A stretch of 24,138 bases of DNA, from the IMG/VR virus record IMGVR_UViG_3300018412_000050, positions 1-24,138 of that record. One strand, given 5' to 3'. Numbering within the stretch: the stretch's first letter is position 1; every line of letters starts with the position of its first letter. The notes under the pieces are model-generated. The model did no database searches. It was not told the origin of the DNA and saw only the letters and a list, made by a program, of their open reading frames with translations. Origin of the DNA: a virus. Taxonomy: Duplodnaviria > Caudoviricetes. The translations under genes were made by a program, and so were the position numbers. Below are positions 9,025 to 19,984 of this stretch, piece after piece.

Positions 9025-10897
9025 ATTGCATCGGGATAGGAGGTAGCGCATCGGGCGTTTCTCCTTTCTCTAGTTGTTCGCGTTGTGTCTGCAAACTCTG
9101 TAGTAGCGTATCGGCAAATGGGAAATCACCATGCTGAAGAAGTTGTTCAATAGATATTTGTCCTTGCCTCCATATCTCCATCAAGAATTCATTAGCTATC
9201 TGTCTATAGACAGGCGTAGAAGTTGATTGAATAACGCTCAAATCAAATTCAACATCGGAAATTTTTTCAGGATCATACTCAATTAATGAACTAGCCTTAT
9301 TCCCAACTATATTGATAACTCTTTTATCATCATAGAACTGTTGTATGTTCTTTACCTTTTTATAAGCTGCATCAACTATGAAGCTATCAAAAGTCTCTAG
9401 TAAATCAAGTAGGGAAGAGCTTGCATTCTGCATCTGTTGAGAGTATAAAGCAGCACTCATACCCGAGTATCCCGGCTTACCTTGAAGCGCACCGGTAACA
9501 CCTGTAACATCCTCCATCATATTCATCTGAAGTTGTAACATCTCATGAATACCTATATTGGTGGAGTTTGTGGCTACTTGCTTAGGCAGTTCGACACCTG
9601 GCTTAGATTTGATAGCTATCACACCATTAAATCTGGTCCATTCCTCTGCAATATCCTCAATAGACAGATTGTCAGGTATAAGTTCTTCCGGGAATAACAA
9701 TACGCCCTTAGAGGAAGACCTGATAATCCAATCATTCATCATGATAAGTCTATTCACGTACTTTTGCTGGTCAATAGCATCAGCTACAAACGAGTGAATC
9801 TCCCCATCTAAGAAAGGATATAGTTTAATCGTATACGGGTGAGATTTATGCTTAAAAGGAGTTTCACCCTCTGACAACACATCTCCAAGGGGGGTGAGGA
9901 ACCTATAGTACCAATAGGAATCCATAAACCATTCATACTCGATAAGTGGTATATCATCCCTTTCCATTCCAACCTCTAAACCTTGCTGGATACGAGAATT
10001 ATTCTCTATTATTATATTCTCTTCGTTTTCTACCTCATCTTTATAAAAGTCTCCGTTCAAGTAGTCATGGCACCTGAACCTAGGTTTTTGTTCTATTCTC
10101 CACACCTCGATAACCCTACACATATTTGTGTTATAAGGTGAGAAGAAGTCTATGTTCTTTAGGTCTGAATATCCAAACTTACTTAGGTACCCTGACATAT
10201 ACTCTCTGTGAGAAGCACTTGAATAGATTTGTCTCAACCTACTAACATCAGACGGGGAATGAGCAAACTTAGAACATAGTTCTTCAAATGTAAGATCGTG
10301 TATCTCTCCTATAAGAGAACAATCCCAATGACGGATATCTCGCATGTTGCTATCCACAAAGAAATTATTGAGAGATACCATATCTGTCCATGTATCCATC
10401 TTATCGTTTCTCCATCCATAGCTTTCTTTCTGTACGGCAGCCCCTGATATTAAGAACTCTTCAAACGTTCGCCCATTAACCTCATTCATGCGGTTAACCT
10501 GATAATTACACTGTAATGCTACCGACATCGTTTCTCCAAGAGACTGTTCATCTCTGTCTCTGGCTACACAGGTAGGCTCTTTGGACTGTGAGCGATAAGT
10601 TCCCATCACAGTCCTTACAAGCCTCCTTATCAAGTTGTTTTTTAAAGGTATTCCACCCTCTGATATGATGTAATCCTCCTCTTTAACTGTTTTATCTCCA
10701 TACCTTACAAGGTCAGACCACTGATCTCCATAGCAGAACTTTTTGGACCGCTCTCTATCTTTTCTGAATTGATCCATGTTAGACCACGCATATTGGGCTT
10801 GGAGAAGAACATCAAACATTCGCTCTTCTGTGTACTCCTTCTGATTTCTTACGGAATCCAGATTGGATATTTTACTTTTTCGGATAAGTTTTCTCAT
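9023..10897 (-). CDS. Portal protein (P22-like)
   Basis: 624 aa; FCYGDQW, NNLIRRLVRTVMG, SFVADAIDQQKYVNRL, TGVTGALQG and a Gln-rich C-terminus, typical of podovirus portals. Confidence 0.88.
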   Translation of the reverse strand: MRKLIRKSKISNLDSVRNQKEYTEERMFDVLLQAQYAWSNMDQFRKDRERSKKFCYGDQWSDLVRYGDKTVKEEDYIISEGGIPLKNNLIRRLVRTVMGTYRSQSKEPTCVARDRDEQSLGETMSVALQCNYQVNRMNEVNGRTFEEFLISGAAVQKESYGWRNDKMDTWTDMVSLNNFFVDSNMRDIRHWDCSLIGEIHDLTFEELCSKFAHSPSDVSRLRQIYSSASHREYMSGYLSKFGYSDLKNIDFFSPYNTNMCRVIEVWRIEQKPRFRCHDYLNGDFYKDEVENEENIIIENNSRIQQGLEVGMERDDIPLIEYEWFMDSYWYYRFLTPLGDVLSEGETPFKHKSHPYTIKLYPFLDGEIHSFVADAIDQQKYVNRLIMMNDWIIRSSSKGVLLFPEELIPDNLSIEDIAEEWTRFNGVIAIKSKPGVELPKQVATNSTNIGIHEMLQLQMNMMEDVTGVTGALQGKPGYSGMSAALYSQQMQNASSSLLDLLETFDSFIVDAAYKKVKNIQQFYDDKRVINIVGNKASSLIEYDPEKISDVEFDLSVIQSTSTPVYRQIANEFLMEIWRQGQISIEQLLQHGDFPFADTLLQSLQTQREQLEKGETPDALPPIPMQ

Positions 10898-10939
10898 AAT
10901 GTAAAATTACTTAGCTTTTTCTATTACCCTTTGTATATA

Positions 10940-13900
10940 TTACTCTATCGCGTCTAAAGCTTCAACCAGTTGAGTCTTGGTAAGGTTGAGAGTGTTATTT
11001 AAAGACGCTTTTTCTGCACCGTCTGCGGTTTTTAATTCGTCATATAGATAATCAATCTCTTTCTGATACTCTTTAAATACCTCATAACGCTTGTATTCGG
11101 GTGAATTATAGAGACTGTTTGCTTTCTCGGCAAACTCAAACACTCCTTTGTCTGCTTCCTTTTCATACCCTTTGAGCCTTTGATTGGTCAGATCATACTC
11201 TTTTCGGTAATTATTATAAGCCTTGCCAACCCTAGAAAATGCGTTCTTTTCGTCCGTCTCTGACAAGAACCTATTGGCAACGGGAACGTTCCTCATAACA
11301 CGCTGATCTTCATCCCAAATCATAGAGATTGTTTTCCATGTCTGATTAAGAGTCTTTCCCATACCACCCAGATAGCCCTCTACCAAATGCTCCGCTATTG
11401 ACGGATTCAGGTCAATAGAACCTTTGGTATATTTGTCTCCTCCTGTAATCTCATTCAGAAATTCAGCCGATTCCACAAGTTGCTTATTGGTGCCCTTAAA
11501 CGCTTTGGTGTATTCTGGCATATCTTCGTTGAAAGGAGTTTTCTTATAAATTGGTTTACCAAAAAAGTCCTCATTCGTATATGATTGCCATATAGGTTTA
11601 ACAGCATCAGGTACGGCAGCGCCGGTTCCCATTGGATCAAGTGGCAACAACTCCGTTATCTGTCCGATCATCTTTAATCCAACATTTTCACCTTTCATCT
11701 TTCCACCGGACCATTGAGTGAACATCTCACCCATGCCGTAGAATGCTCTTAACTCTATCGGGAGTGGTATCGTAAGGAAGCTATCTCCTCCCAACCATAG
11801 ACAGAAATTGTTCTTTCTAACCCATTCAGGAAGATTATCATAAGAATCATCATCACCTCCAAACATATTCATCAACATCTGATTGAACATAGGTATTAAG
11901 ATTCCTGCAGATACAAAACCACCAACTACACCGCTAAACTTAATTGGATTATTCTTTCCTAATCTGTAAAAATTAGTAAGAGACTGAACAGCCGCATTAA
12001 GGAATAAGTATAAAGATTTAGCCGTGGTAGCGCCCCATCCACCTGCTCCCTTTTTATTGAAGTTAACAGTGACCTCTTTTGCATCATTAATAGACTGAAC
12101 GACAGTTCTTCCCATCTGACGAGATGTTAGGTAGGTGTTAAACCTAGATATATCCTCTGCGCACTTATTACTAAATTCAATAAAACTAGCCAAACTTTTA
12201 AGTGCCGGAACAATACCTAACGTAGTAGGAGTTGTCACCTTTCCGGGCTTCAATCCTATGATTCTACCAATATCTACTTTCCCATCCAATTTCAAAAGGT
12301 CTTTCTCTATTAGCTTCTTATATTCATCGACTGATGTAAGCATTGAATAACCTGTTTCTCCTCCGTTTTCCAAGAACTCCTTGAAATATTTATCCATTCC
12401 AAAATCTCTGAGCTCACCTTTATACCTCCTCTTCATTAAACCGGCTATATTAGCCGTTGTTTTAGGGAGATTAGAAGTGAATCTCTTAGAATATTTCCCA
12501 TCTTCCTTGATTAAAACAGCAGATGAAGAGAATATCAAATCTCGTGATAGGTTACTCAAAACAAAGGCTGGGTTCCTAGTCGTAAAGTTGGCCGCCAACT
12601 GCCTGTTAGCCCATCCTATCCACTCTATCAGTTTGTGACTTACCGCATCAGGATTTGTAAGCCCGTTAACAGCCTGAGCAGCTCTAGGATTGCCATTTAC
12701 GAAAACAACCTGCTCTTTTCCGTTTCTCTTAACAACTACAGCGTGCTGACGCTTTTCCCTGTCATTTGCTCTATAAGAGATATTAAGACCTTTCTTGTCT
12801 TTCTTCGCACGCCCTTCTTTTTGGAGATCGCGCATTAGATTGTAGTGAGCTTCCACAGCCTCACTGACTTCTTCTGCGGTGGCTCCTTCCGGAATATCAG
12901 GAAGAGACTCTACCCAGTCAGGAGCTTTGTCCGTACCGTTATTCACATACCACATTTCCTTAACGGTTAACAATGGCGTTTTATGATTCAATGCCATGTT
13001 AAGGAACTTCTGTTTCATGAGATTTCTATTCCCTTGCAATATAGCACTTTCAGCCATATTGGCTATAGTTGCTATTGGATCATCGGATACCGATAAACGC
13101 CCTTTAGCTGTCACAACGGGAGCGTTAAATACCGGTCTATCAAGTTCTATGTAGTTATACACATCTGCTGACGTATCCTCTTTCCACCCCCTAAGAGGTA
13201 CATAATACGAGAACATATCATTAATGTTGTCGTAATTCTCTTTACCCATTAAGCCGGATGTGTATGTTTTCCGAAGAGTCTCTTTTGTTGCGTTATTAAT
13301 ATTATCCCATAAACTAGACGTGTTAACATCAGCTTCAAATAATTCTACATACTCTTTAGCTTTATTTTCAAAGTCTTCTTGATAGATAGAAGATAGTCCA
13401 GAATAGTCTTGACCCATCTTATCGCCTAAGTATTTCCTATAAGCCTTATCCTCTTTTTTGTCTATCTCTAACATCTTAGAATCATACGCTTGCTTATCAA
13501 TCAAGTTTTTGTATAATGCAAACTCTAGGTTAGACCTTTCTATTTTGGTATCTTCTTTTGCTTCATTCCTGGCATCTCTTTGAGCGAATACAACATTTCT
13601 CTCCAATCCATGCTTAGATATGAGATATTGGTTGAATTCTTCACGTGATTTAACCTTTAATATCTTAGACATCTCCTTGACTATCGGAGTAAAGAAGTTA
13701 GTGTGATAAAACTCTGCTTCGTAGGAATTTTTAGATGATAATTGATTTTCATGAATATACGCGTTCTCGAAGTCCTCTATCTTACCCGTCTCTTTCTCTA
13801 TTGACTCTTGCAGTTTCTTAAGACCCAACATGCTGTCTTGATAGGACTCCTGAAACTTGTATAGAGAACCTTTGAACTTATCGTCATAATTCTCACCATC

Positions 13901-16900
13901 CCTAAACCTTATATCAGGATTGTTAGGATCAAAACTACCTACGTTGTCAGTAGCTGACTTTATTTGATTGGGATTGAAAACTATATATTCTCTCGTTCCT
14001 TTAACTGCATATTTATCAGATTTTCTTTTAACGAAAATTCCTCCATCTCTATACTCTGATGGCGACATATCCGAACCGGATCCGTCAAATCCATTTCTCT
14101 CTGGATTTTTTATACTCAAAAAAACAGAATATAAATTTCCTTTTGAGCCTGAAAACTTTTGTGATAAATCTTTTGAATTTGAAAAATACATTCCACCGCT
14201 TAATACAGGATTGCTTTTTAATGGATCAAATGAATAAAACAATGGTTTGCTAGTTCCATGATACACAACCAAAGGCTCGCCATTTTCATCCACAACTTTA
14301 GAAGCCTCCTCTGGATTATTTTGCCAATCGCCAAACCAATCCTTAAACTCCTGAGTACGCACTTGCGCCCATTGTTTTTCGGTTAGCTTAGTAGGTTCAC
14401 CGTTGGGAGCTTTCATATACGTTCCATCCTGCTTTGCGTTTCTAATGATTGCTTCCACGCTGTTTTCATCACGGAACATTTTGTCTTTCATTGACTCATT
14501 TGCGGCATTCCTGAATACAGAGTTCTTCTCCAGATTATTCTTGCTAGTCCACAATATGTACTTAACATCGTTATCGCTTAATTCGACATCCATGTATTTA
14601 CGCAGGAACTCTCTAACAACTGCTTTTATCTTACCAAAGAACGATGGAGTTTCGTCCATTTCAGCTATCCTTGCTAAGTACTCCTCTACATCTGTATTAT
14701 CTTTCATATCCTTGCTGACATCGGCAGGAAGTTGCTTTTTAACCTTATCAAGGAAAGAATCAAACTCTTCTCCCATTAAAGACCTAAGCCCCTTGTGCCC
14801 TACCACTTCATGCAAGAATGTGCGTTTAGCATCATTTACACTTGTTGCGTTTGACGTGATTATAACAACATCCCCGGATGACACATCATACCATCCTTTT
14901 GAATTCTTCATTCGTTTTTCCATCGACTTATTATCGTTGGAAACTTCTTCTGAATTAATCATTTTAACGGGAACTCCCATCTTTTCAGATAAAGATTGAA
15001 GCGTATTCCTTATTTCTTCCTGAGGAGAAACGGCAGGACTTGAATCTTCCCTAAATCTTATATCTTTAAACGGTACAGATACAATGTCTCCATTCTCTAA
15101 CCTGAAATGGTGATATTCTTCATTGGCTCCTGAATATTTAGAACCCGCAAAAGGTATCATACCGTTTTCTAGTGCATGTTTTGCGCCAGACGAAGCGGCC
15201 ACAATTTCACCACCGTAATAATCTTTTAACTCGTCAAGAATACGAGACGGTTCAGATGTATTATCTGTGTTTTCAGAAATGTAGTCATATATTTCATCTT
15301 GATTAATTTCACGCTCAAATTTTCCGTCCCTGAATCTAACATCAGAATCACTAACAAGCTCTATCTTCAAAGGGCTTACAACCTCATAGATACCATTATC
15401 GTTAAGCTTTATTCTCCCTTTCTCAATAACCTTGTAATTTTTAGCGTCAGCCAAAGGGATTTTACCTTTAACATCCACAACATCATCAACACCGTCTAAG
15501 CTCTTTATCCTGTTCAAGGAAGATATTGTAAATGTTCCATTACCATTATCTTCTATTTCAGCATCAAAAACTCTAACGTCTTTATCGTTTGTTTGATTAT
15601 GAAGATACTTATCCGCATTTAAACCAAACGATACTTTATTGACTTTCTTGGGAATACTCTTATATTCGGAGAAGGGTTTTGTTTTTCGCTTAGAACTTTC
15701 AACCCATTTATTGAAGTCCTCAACCGGAACACCGGTTATATTACCCAATCCTTGCCATCCATCCTCGTAGTTAGACAGATAAGCATCCTTTGCTGATTGT
15801 TCGCTATCAAATCCCCAAAGAACCTTATGTTCATCAAACGATCCATCGTTATTAACCTGATCAACAACATAGACAGTCTTAGGAGATGGGTTATCCCCAA
15901 TAAACACATCTATCTGGTCTCCATCCTTACCTTTGGTTCCTTTGAAATACCCATAGGTATTATTCATAGTGATGGACCACTCTTTCCCATTAGCATCAAC
16001 TCCTGAACGAACGCTTCCTTTCGGGTTTTCTATTGTTACATTATAAGGACCTATCTTAACATGTCCTTTTTTATAGTTGCCTGCTTGTTTTTGCGCTTCG
16101 GTCGGAGATGAGTTTACCTCTTTTTCCGCATCTTGTATCTCTTTTGACTTAACAACCTTTTCGGCATAATCAAATAGATCACCATCTTTAAATTCAGGGG
16201 CGACAAAACTAGGACCTACTTGTGCAGGTTCTGTATTTTCTCCTCTTGCTCCTGAATCATTTGAATCAGAGAGTCCTTGTACACTTGATCGTAATTCTTC
16301 TCCTCCGCCTCCTGTAGCTTCTTCTTGAGCTGTCGGAGCCACAATTTCAGTTTCACTTCCTCGATTTCCATATAATTCACTTTCTAGCTCTTCCATTTCC
16401 TCGATAGTCATTCCATTATCAAGTACTTCGGAGTAGCGGTTAAACATTTCTTCATCGCGTGCCTTTGCTAGTTTAGATAGCTCCTCTTCGGGTATTCCGT
16501 CAAGATAGCTTTGTTCCTGAGATGATATATCCTCTTTGATGGCAGGCATAAGACTGATTTTATTCTCCTTATCCTTATTCATCAAATATAATTTCCCAGT
16601 ACTTGATTCAGGACCTCCGACAGGAAATCCCATCTCCTTTGTGGCAAGCTCGCTAAATTTCTTATTTAGCTCAAGTTGAATGTCATTAGTAGTTCTCACT
16701 CTGTTTGTGGGGTTGGAGAGCATGAAGTCTATAATATCACCTTCGCTCACTTCACGCCCAAAACCGCTCAACTCTTGTGCAAGAACATCTATATCTTCTC
16801 CGTCCTTTTTAAGCCATCCCTTTGCAAATGTACCTGAAATTTTATTCCTATCACCAAAACGTTTGAACGAATTAGGAGAAATCTTTCTTCCCAATAACTC

Positions 16901-19900
16901 TTTTTGCCACGGTTGCAGCTCCTCATTGAATTCTTTAGATGCATCATAAGCCGCTTTGACCTCATTAATGTCATCAGAGTTATCCAATACCCAATCAATA
17001 TAATCCCTATCTGTCTTTACATCCTCGGTAATAGGATTAAGTATTTTCTTAACCTGATTCATTTTATCAAGTTCAAGCTGCAAGGCTTTCTTTGCACGCA
17101 CTCTCTCTATTGCAGACGGACGGTTTTCTGCTTTCTTGATTTTCTTCTGAATGTCGCTTATATTTTCATTAACAACATCCAATGCATCAGTACCAAATTC
17201 CTCCTTTAACGCGTTTGCGTATACAGTAGAATCTTCAATATTAGAATAATCTATAAACCCGCCTTTGTCACGAGGGTAGGTGACACTTTGCTTTATCTCT
17301 TCTTCCGGCCTGCTATCAATCACAGGCGTTTCTTCTGACAGATTGCTACTTTCTTCTGTAGTAGGCTCTACTTTTTCAGGCTCTTTTATCTCTGTATTTT
17401 CTTCTGTTTTTGGGAATTCCTGTTGCAGCCTATCAGACAATTCTCTTTTAGGCATGATCATGACAGATTTACCATCTATTGGTGATTCAGTCTGTATCTC
17501 CACACCATCCTCAGACACATTATTAACTACTGCGTTCACCGGTCCATCAGGTGTAGGAACTGAAATTGCCTCACCTATCTGAAAATCACGTACTCCATCT
17601 ATCTTATCGGCAGCCTTTTGAGCCTCGCTCATACGAATGCGCTCTTCCAATTCCGATAATACAGAGTTTGAATCTTGTTTTGAAGTGAGTTTAAACAGAT
17701 TATCTTTCGGTTCCATCCTTACCTCGCCTTTATCGTCACGCAAAAAAACGTAATCAGGACTATTAGCGTAATCCACAGTACCGTCTTCATTGAATGCCGG
17801 CATGCCCTTTACGATGTTGTAATGTACATCATTGCTAGTCTTTAGAGTAACATCATATATATTACCGTCCTCTGCGGTTCTGCGCTTAATCTCTTTCTTC
17901 TGACTTTCAATCTGTGAGTCTATGTTGTCTCTTACTCCATCAATCAGCCCATCATAAGCAGCTTTAGCATTGTAATAATTAAGAAGAGCATCTCCATCTT
18001 CCTTACTATTCTCATAAGCAACTCCTATCAAAGACAGAGGATCACCACTATCAAGACCGGTAAATAAAGTTTCAGGATCAACATTGAAACGTTCAGCCAT
18101 CTTCTCGACACCTGATTTGGATTCATCCAGCTTAACCTTGAAACTATTATCAGGCTCGGAGCTAAGACCTTCTTCATAAGAATCTTCAAGCTCTAATTGT
18201 TCTGCAGGTACTTCGCCCTCTGCACGTCTTTTAATTTTTGCGAGTTCAAGACCATGCAGGTAAGATTCCCTAGCTACATACTCCTTAACAAGAGGTTTTA
18301 CTTCTTCATCTAAAGAGTCTATAATAACGGACTTCTGAGTATCATCTGCATTTTGCAGTTTAGATATAATTTCGGTTGCCTTAACCTCACCAAGTGCGGA
18401 TTCTATCTCGTTTATAGATGAATTAAGTCTTTTCTGTGCTTCTCTTTTAGGACCACGATAACCGGATAACTTAACGCCACCGATAAGGCCTGATATGAGG
18501 CCTACAGACATAAATGTTTCCGCTTGCTGTTTAGGATCAACCAGATCACTAAATTTACTATCTCCTACAATGGCAGCGTTAAGAGCCGTTCCTACTAGCT
18601 CCTCTCCATACTCTTCCAGTACACCGCTAAATTGACCTCTATTCTGTATATCGGTAACAGTTTTAGCCCACTCGCTTGCCGGCACATCAGCAATTAACTT
18701 GTGAACCTTTTCAAGTCCTATCTTATCGGCCACTTTTCCGGCTGCTTTCCCTAGCGGTTTAGTGACAGCTTTAAAGTAGCTACCTACCATCTCGGAGTAA
18801 TCCTCAACAACAGTAGAACCAAAAGCTTTTGCAAGAGCTTTTAATGGTGCGTCTCCCTCGCTTCGACCTACATATCCATTTTCGTCAGGCGTAATATCCC
18901 CTAAGTTTCTATTATAAGCATCTCCAAATACCCTAGGAGCGTGAACAGTAGAAGCCATTCCCATAGCACCTATTACATCACCACCTACTCTAAGAGCTGC
19001 ATTTTTTGCTATTTGCGCAATAGTCTTTTCAGCAGCTATCGTTCCAAATCTCCTAACGGCAGCTCTCCCAAATATGCCCATTCCTGGAGTTATCGCAAAG
19101 TCTTTCATATAGCCTAAACTTTCAGCAGCTCCATACCCTATACGATAACCTGTGCCAGGATCAGTAGATTGATTAACCGAAGCCTCCAACGCAGCGACAT
19201 CAAGCAATTTCTTCTCTGGTTTAGAAAGAGGTTCTCCTTTTTCGTATTTCTTTGCAGCATTCAGCAAAGTTAGATTACTTTCCATTTCCCCTATCCCGAA
19301 AGATGCAATAGCGCTTGCATTATCCTTGAACCCTCTTACCACATCGCCAAAACCCCCGGTCTTTTCCCTATCAGCTTTGATCTGTTTTTGAACATCTTTA
19401 GATTTATCAATAACCATTTGGGAAGTTTGCACTTCCGGATTTTGATTATTGGTAAAAGCGAATCCTAATGCGCTAAGAAGAGGACTTTCCTTGAATTTTT
19501 CAATCTCTTTTTGATTCCCCTCTTTAATTAACCGGTCCCTTTCGTCTGTAGCCGACAATTCATCAGCTTTTGCTTTTTCTTCCTTTAAACGGTTCTCATA
19601 ATCCTTATAATAGAACTGTTTAGACTCAGGCTTAAGACCTTGCCACACGTTATAAGGCACTCCGGCTACTTTAGTGTCTTTCCCTTTGCCCTCAATAAAC
19701 TTATCAGCGCTATACGGTCTGGGCGTTGTTTCCTCAACAGGCGTTGTTTTTTTAATAGGCTCTGCTTTTTTAATAGGATCGTCTAGTTCCTCAAATACAA
19801 AACCACTCTTCGAAGCTTTGTCATATTGAGACACAGGTATATAACCGGGCACATCATCCTTTCTGGCTCTGATCTGAGCATCAGGATATTTTTGGAGAAT

Positions 19901-19984
19901 AGCGTTTCTATTGGCGTTAAATTTTTCCGCATCAATAGTTTTCTCTTCTCCGTTTATTATTACTTTGTATTTCATATCAATCAA
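10940..19984 (-). CDS. Giant polyvalent internal virion/ejection protein: InPase + zincin metallopeptidase + ART-PolyVal + LPD38-like C-terminus
   Basis: 3014 aa. Pyrophosphatase-like domain at ~15663-16120 (PTEAQKQAGNYKKGH..YGY..DGDQIDVF..FDEHK). HEVVGH at 14795-14812 followed by EEYLA. ART-like domain at ~13915-14430 (FKDWFGDW..GEPLVVYHGT..GMYFS..EYIVFNPNQIKSA). LPD38-like region at ~11300-11900 (LTIPLPIEL..NEDFFGKPI). Confidence 0.85.
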   Translation of the reverse strand: MIDMKYKVIINGEEKTIDAEKFNANRNAILQKYPDAQIRARKDDVPGYIPVSQYDKASKSGFVFEELDDPIKKAEPIKKTTPVEETTPRPYSADKFIEGKGKDTKVAGVPYNVWQGLKPESKQFYYKDYENRLKEEKAKADELSATDERDRLIKEGNQKEIEKFKESPLLSALGFAFTNNQNPEVQTSQMVIDKSKDVQKQIKADREKTGGFGDVVRGFKDNASAIASFGIGEMESNLTLLNAAKKYEKGEPLSKPEKKLLDVAALEASVNQSTDPGTGYRIGYGAAESLGYMKDFAITPGMGIFGRAAVRRFGTIAAEKTIAQIAKNAALRVGGDVIGAMGMASTVHAPRVFGDAYNRNLGDITPDENGYVGRSEGDAPLKALAKAFGSTVVEDYSEMVGSYFKAVTKPLGKAAGKVADKIGLEKVHKLIADVPASEWAKTVTDIQNRGQFSGVLEEYGEELVGTALNAAIVGDSKFSDLVDPKQQAETFMSVGLISGLIGGVKLSGYRGPKREAQKRLNSSINEIESALGEVKATEIISKLQNADDTQKSVIIDSLDEEVKPLVKEYVARESYLHGLELAKIKRRAEGEVPAEQLELEDSYEEGLSSEPDNSFKVKLDESKSGVEKMAERFNVDPETLFTGLDSGDPLSLIGVAYENSKEDGDALLNYYNAKAAYDGLIDGVRDNIDSQIESQKKEIKRRTAEDGNIYDVTLKTSNDVHYNIVKGMPAFNEDGTVDYANSPDYVFLRDDKGEVRMEPKDNLFKLTSKQDSNSVLSELEERIRMSEAQKAADKIDGVRDFQIGEAISVPTPDGPVNAVVNNVSEDGVEIQTESPIDGKSVMIMPKRELSDRLQQEFPKTEENTEIKEPEKVEPTTEESSNLSEETPVIDSRPEEEIKQSVTYPRDKGGFIDYSNIEDSTVYANALKEEFGTDALDVVNENISDIQKKIKKAENRPSAIERVRAKKALQLELDKMNQVKKILNPITEDVKTDRDYIDWVLDNSDDINEVKAAYDASKEFNEELQPWQKELLGRKISPNSFKRFGDRNKISGTFAKGWLKKDGEDIDVLAQELSGFGREVSEGDIIDFMLSNPTNRVRTTNDIQLELNKKFSELATKEMGFPVGGPESSTGKLYLMNKDKENKISLMPAIKEDISSQEQSYLDGIPEEELSKLAKARDEEMFNRYSEVLDNGMTIEEMEELESELYGNRGSETEIVAPTAQEEATGGGGEELRSSVQGLSDSNDSGARGENTEPAQVGPSFVAPEFKDGDLFDYAEKVVKSKEIQDAEKEVNSSPTEAQKQAGNYKKGHVKIGPYNVTIENPKGSVRSGVDANGKEWSITMNNTYGYFKGTKGKDGDQIDVFIGDNPSPKTVYVVDQVNNDGSFDEHKVLWGFDSEQSAKDAYLSNYEDGWQGLGNITGVPVEDFNKWVESSKRKTKPFSEYKSIPKKVNKVSFGLNADKYLHNQTNDKDVRVFDAEIEDNGNGTFTISSLNRIKSLDGVDDVVDVKGKIPLADAKNYKVIEKGRIKLNDNGIYEVVSPLKIELVSDSDVRFRDGKFEREINQDEIYDYISENTDNTSEPSRILDELKDYYGGEIVAASSGAKHALENGMIPFAGSKYSGANEEYHHFRLENGDIVSVPFKDIRFREDSSPAVSPQEEIRNTLQSLSEKMGVPVKMINSEEVSNDNKSMEKRMKNSKGWYDVSSGDVVIITSNATSVNDAKRTFLHEVVGHKGLRSLMGEEFDSFLDKVKKQLPADVSKDMKDNTDVEEYLARIAEMDETPSFFGKIKAVVREFLRKYMDVELSDNDVKYILWTSKNNLEKNSVFRNAANESMKDKMFRDENSVEAIIRNAKQDGTYMKAPNGEPTKLTEKQWAQVRTQEFKDWFGDWQNNPEEASKVVDENGEPLVVYHGTSKPLFYSFDPLKSNPVLSGGMYFSNSKDLSQKFSGSKGNLYSVFLSIKNPERNGFDGSGSDMSPSEYRDGGIFVKRKSDKYAVKGTREYIVFNPNQIKSATDNVGSFDPNNPDIRFRDGENYDDKFKGSLYKFQESYQDSMLGLKKLQESIEKETGKIEDFENAYIHENQLSSKNSYEAEFYHTNFFTPIVKEMSKILKVKSREEFNQYLISKHGLERNVVFAQRDARNEAKEDTKIERSNLEFALYKNLIDKQAYDSKMLEIDKKEDKAYRKYLGDKMGQDYSGLSSIYQEDFENKAKEYVELFEADVNTSSLWDNINNATKETLRKTYTSGLMGKENYDNINDMFSYYVPLRGWKEDTSADVYNYIELDRPVFNAPVVTAKGRLSVSDDPIATIANMAESAILQGNRNLMKQKFLNMALNHKTPLLTVKEMWYVNNGTDKAPDWVESLPDIPEGATAEEVSEAVEAHYNLMRDLQKEGRAKKDKKGLNISYRANDREKRQHAVVVKRNGKEQVVFVNGNPRAAQAVNGLTNPDAVSHKLIEWIGWANRQLAANFTTRNPAFVLSNLSRDLIFSSSAVLIKEDGKYSKRFTSNLPKTTANIAGLMKRRYKGELRDFGMDKYFKEFLENGGETGYSMLTSVDEYKKLIEKDLLKLDGKVDIGRIIGLKPGKVTTPTTLGIVPALKSLASFIEFSNKCAEDISRFNTYLTSRQMGRTVVQSINDAKEVTVNFNKKGAGGWGATTAKSLYLFLNAAVQSLTNFYRLGKNNPIKFSGVVGGFVSAGILIPMFNQMLMNMFGGDDDSYDNLPEWVRKNNFCLWLGGDSFLTIPLPIELRAFYGMGEMFTQWSGGKMKGENVGLKMIGQITELLPLDPMGTGAAVPDAVKPIWQSYTNEDFFGKPIYKKTPFNEDMPEYTKAFKGTNKQLVESAEFLNEITGGDKYTKGSIDLNPSIAEHLVEGYLGGMGKTLNQTWKTISMIWDEDQRVMRNVPVANRFLSETDEKNAFSRVGKAYNNYRKEYDLTNQRLKGYEKEADKGVFEFAEKANSLYNSPEYKRYEVFKEYQKEIDYLYDELKTADGAEKASLNNTLNLTKTQLVEALDAIE

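Noticed and set aside
10940-19984. Virion RNA polymerase as in crAss-like or N4 phages
   Set aside because: No DFDID/DFDGD-type polymerase motif seen; the DGDQID motif belongs to the pyrophosphatase-like domain.
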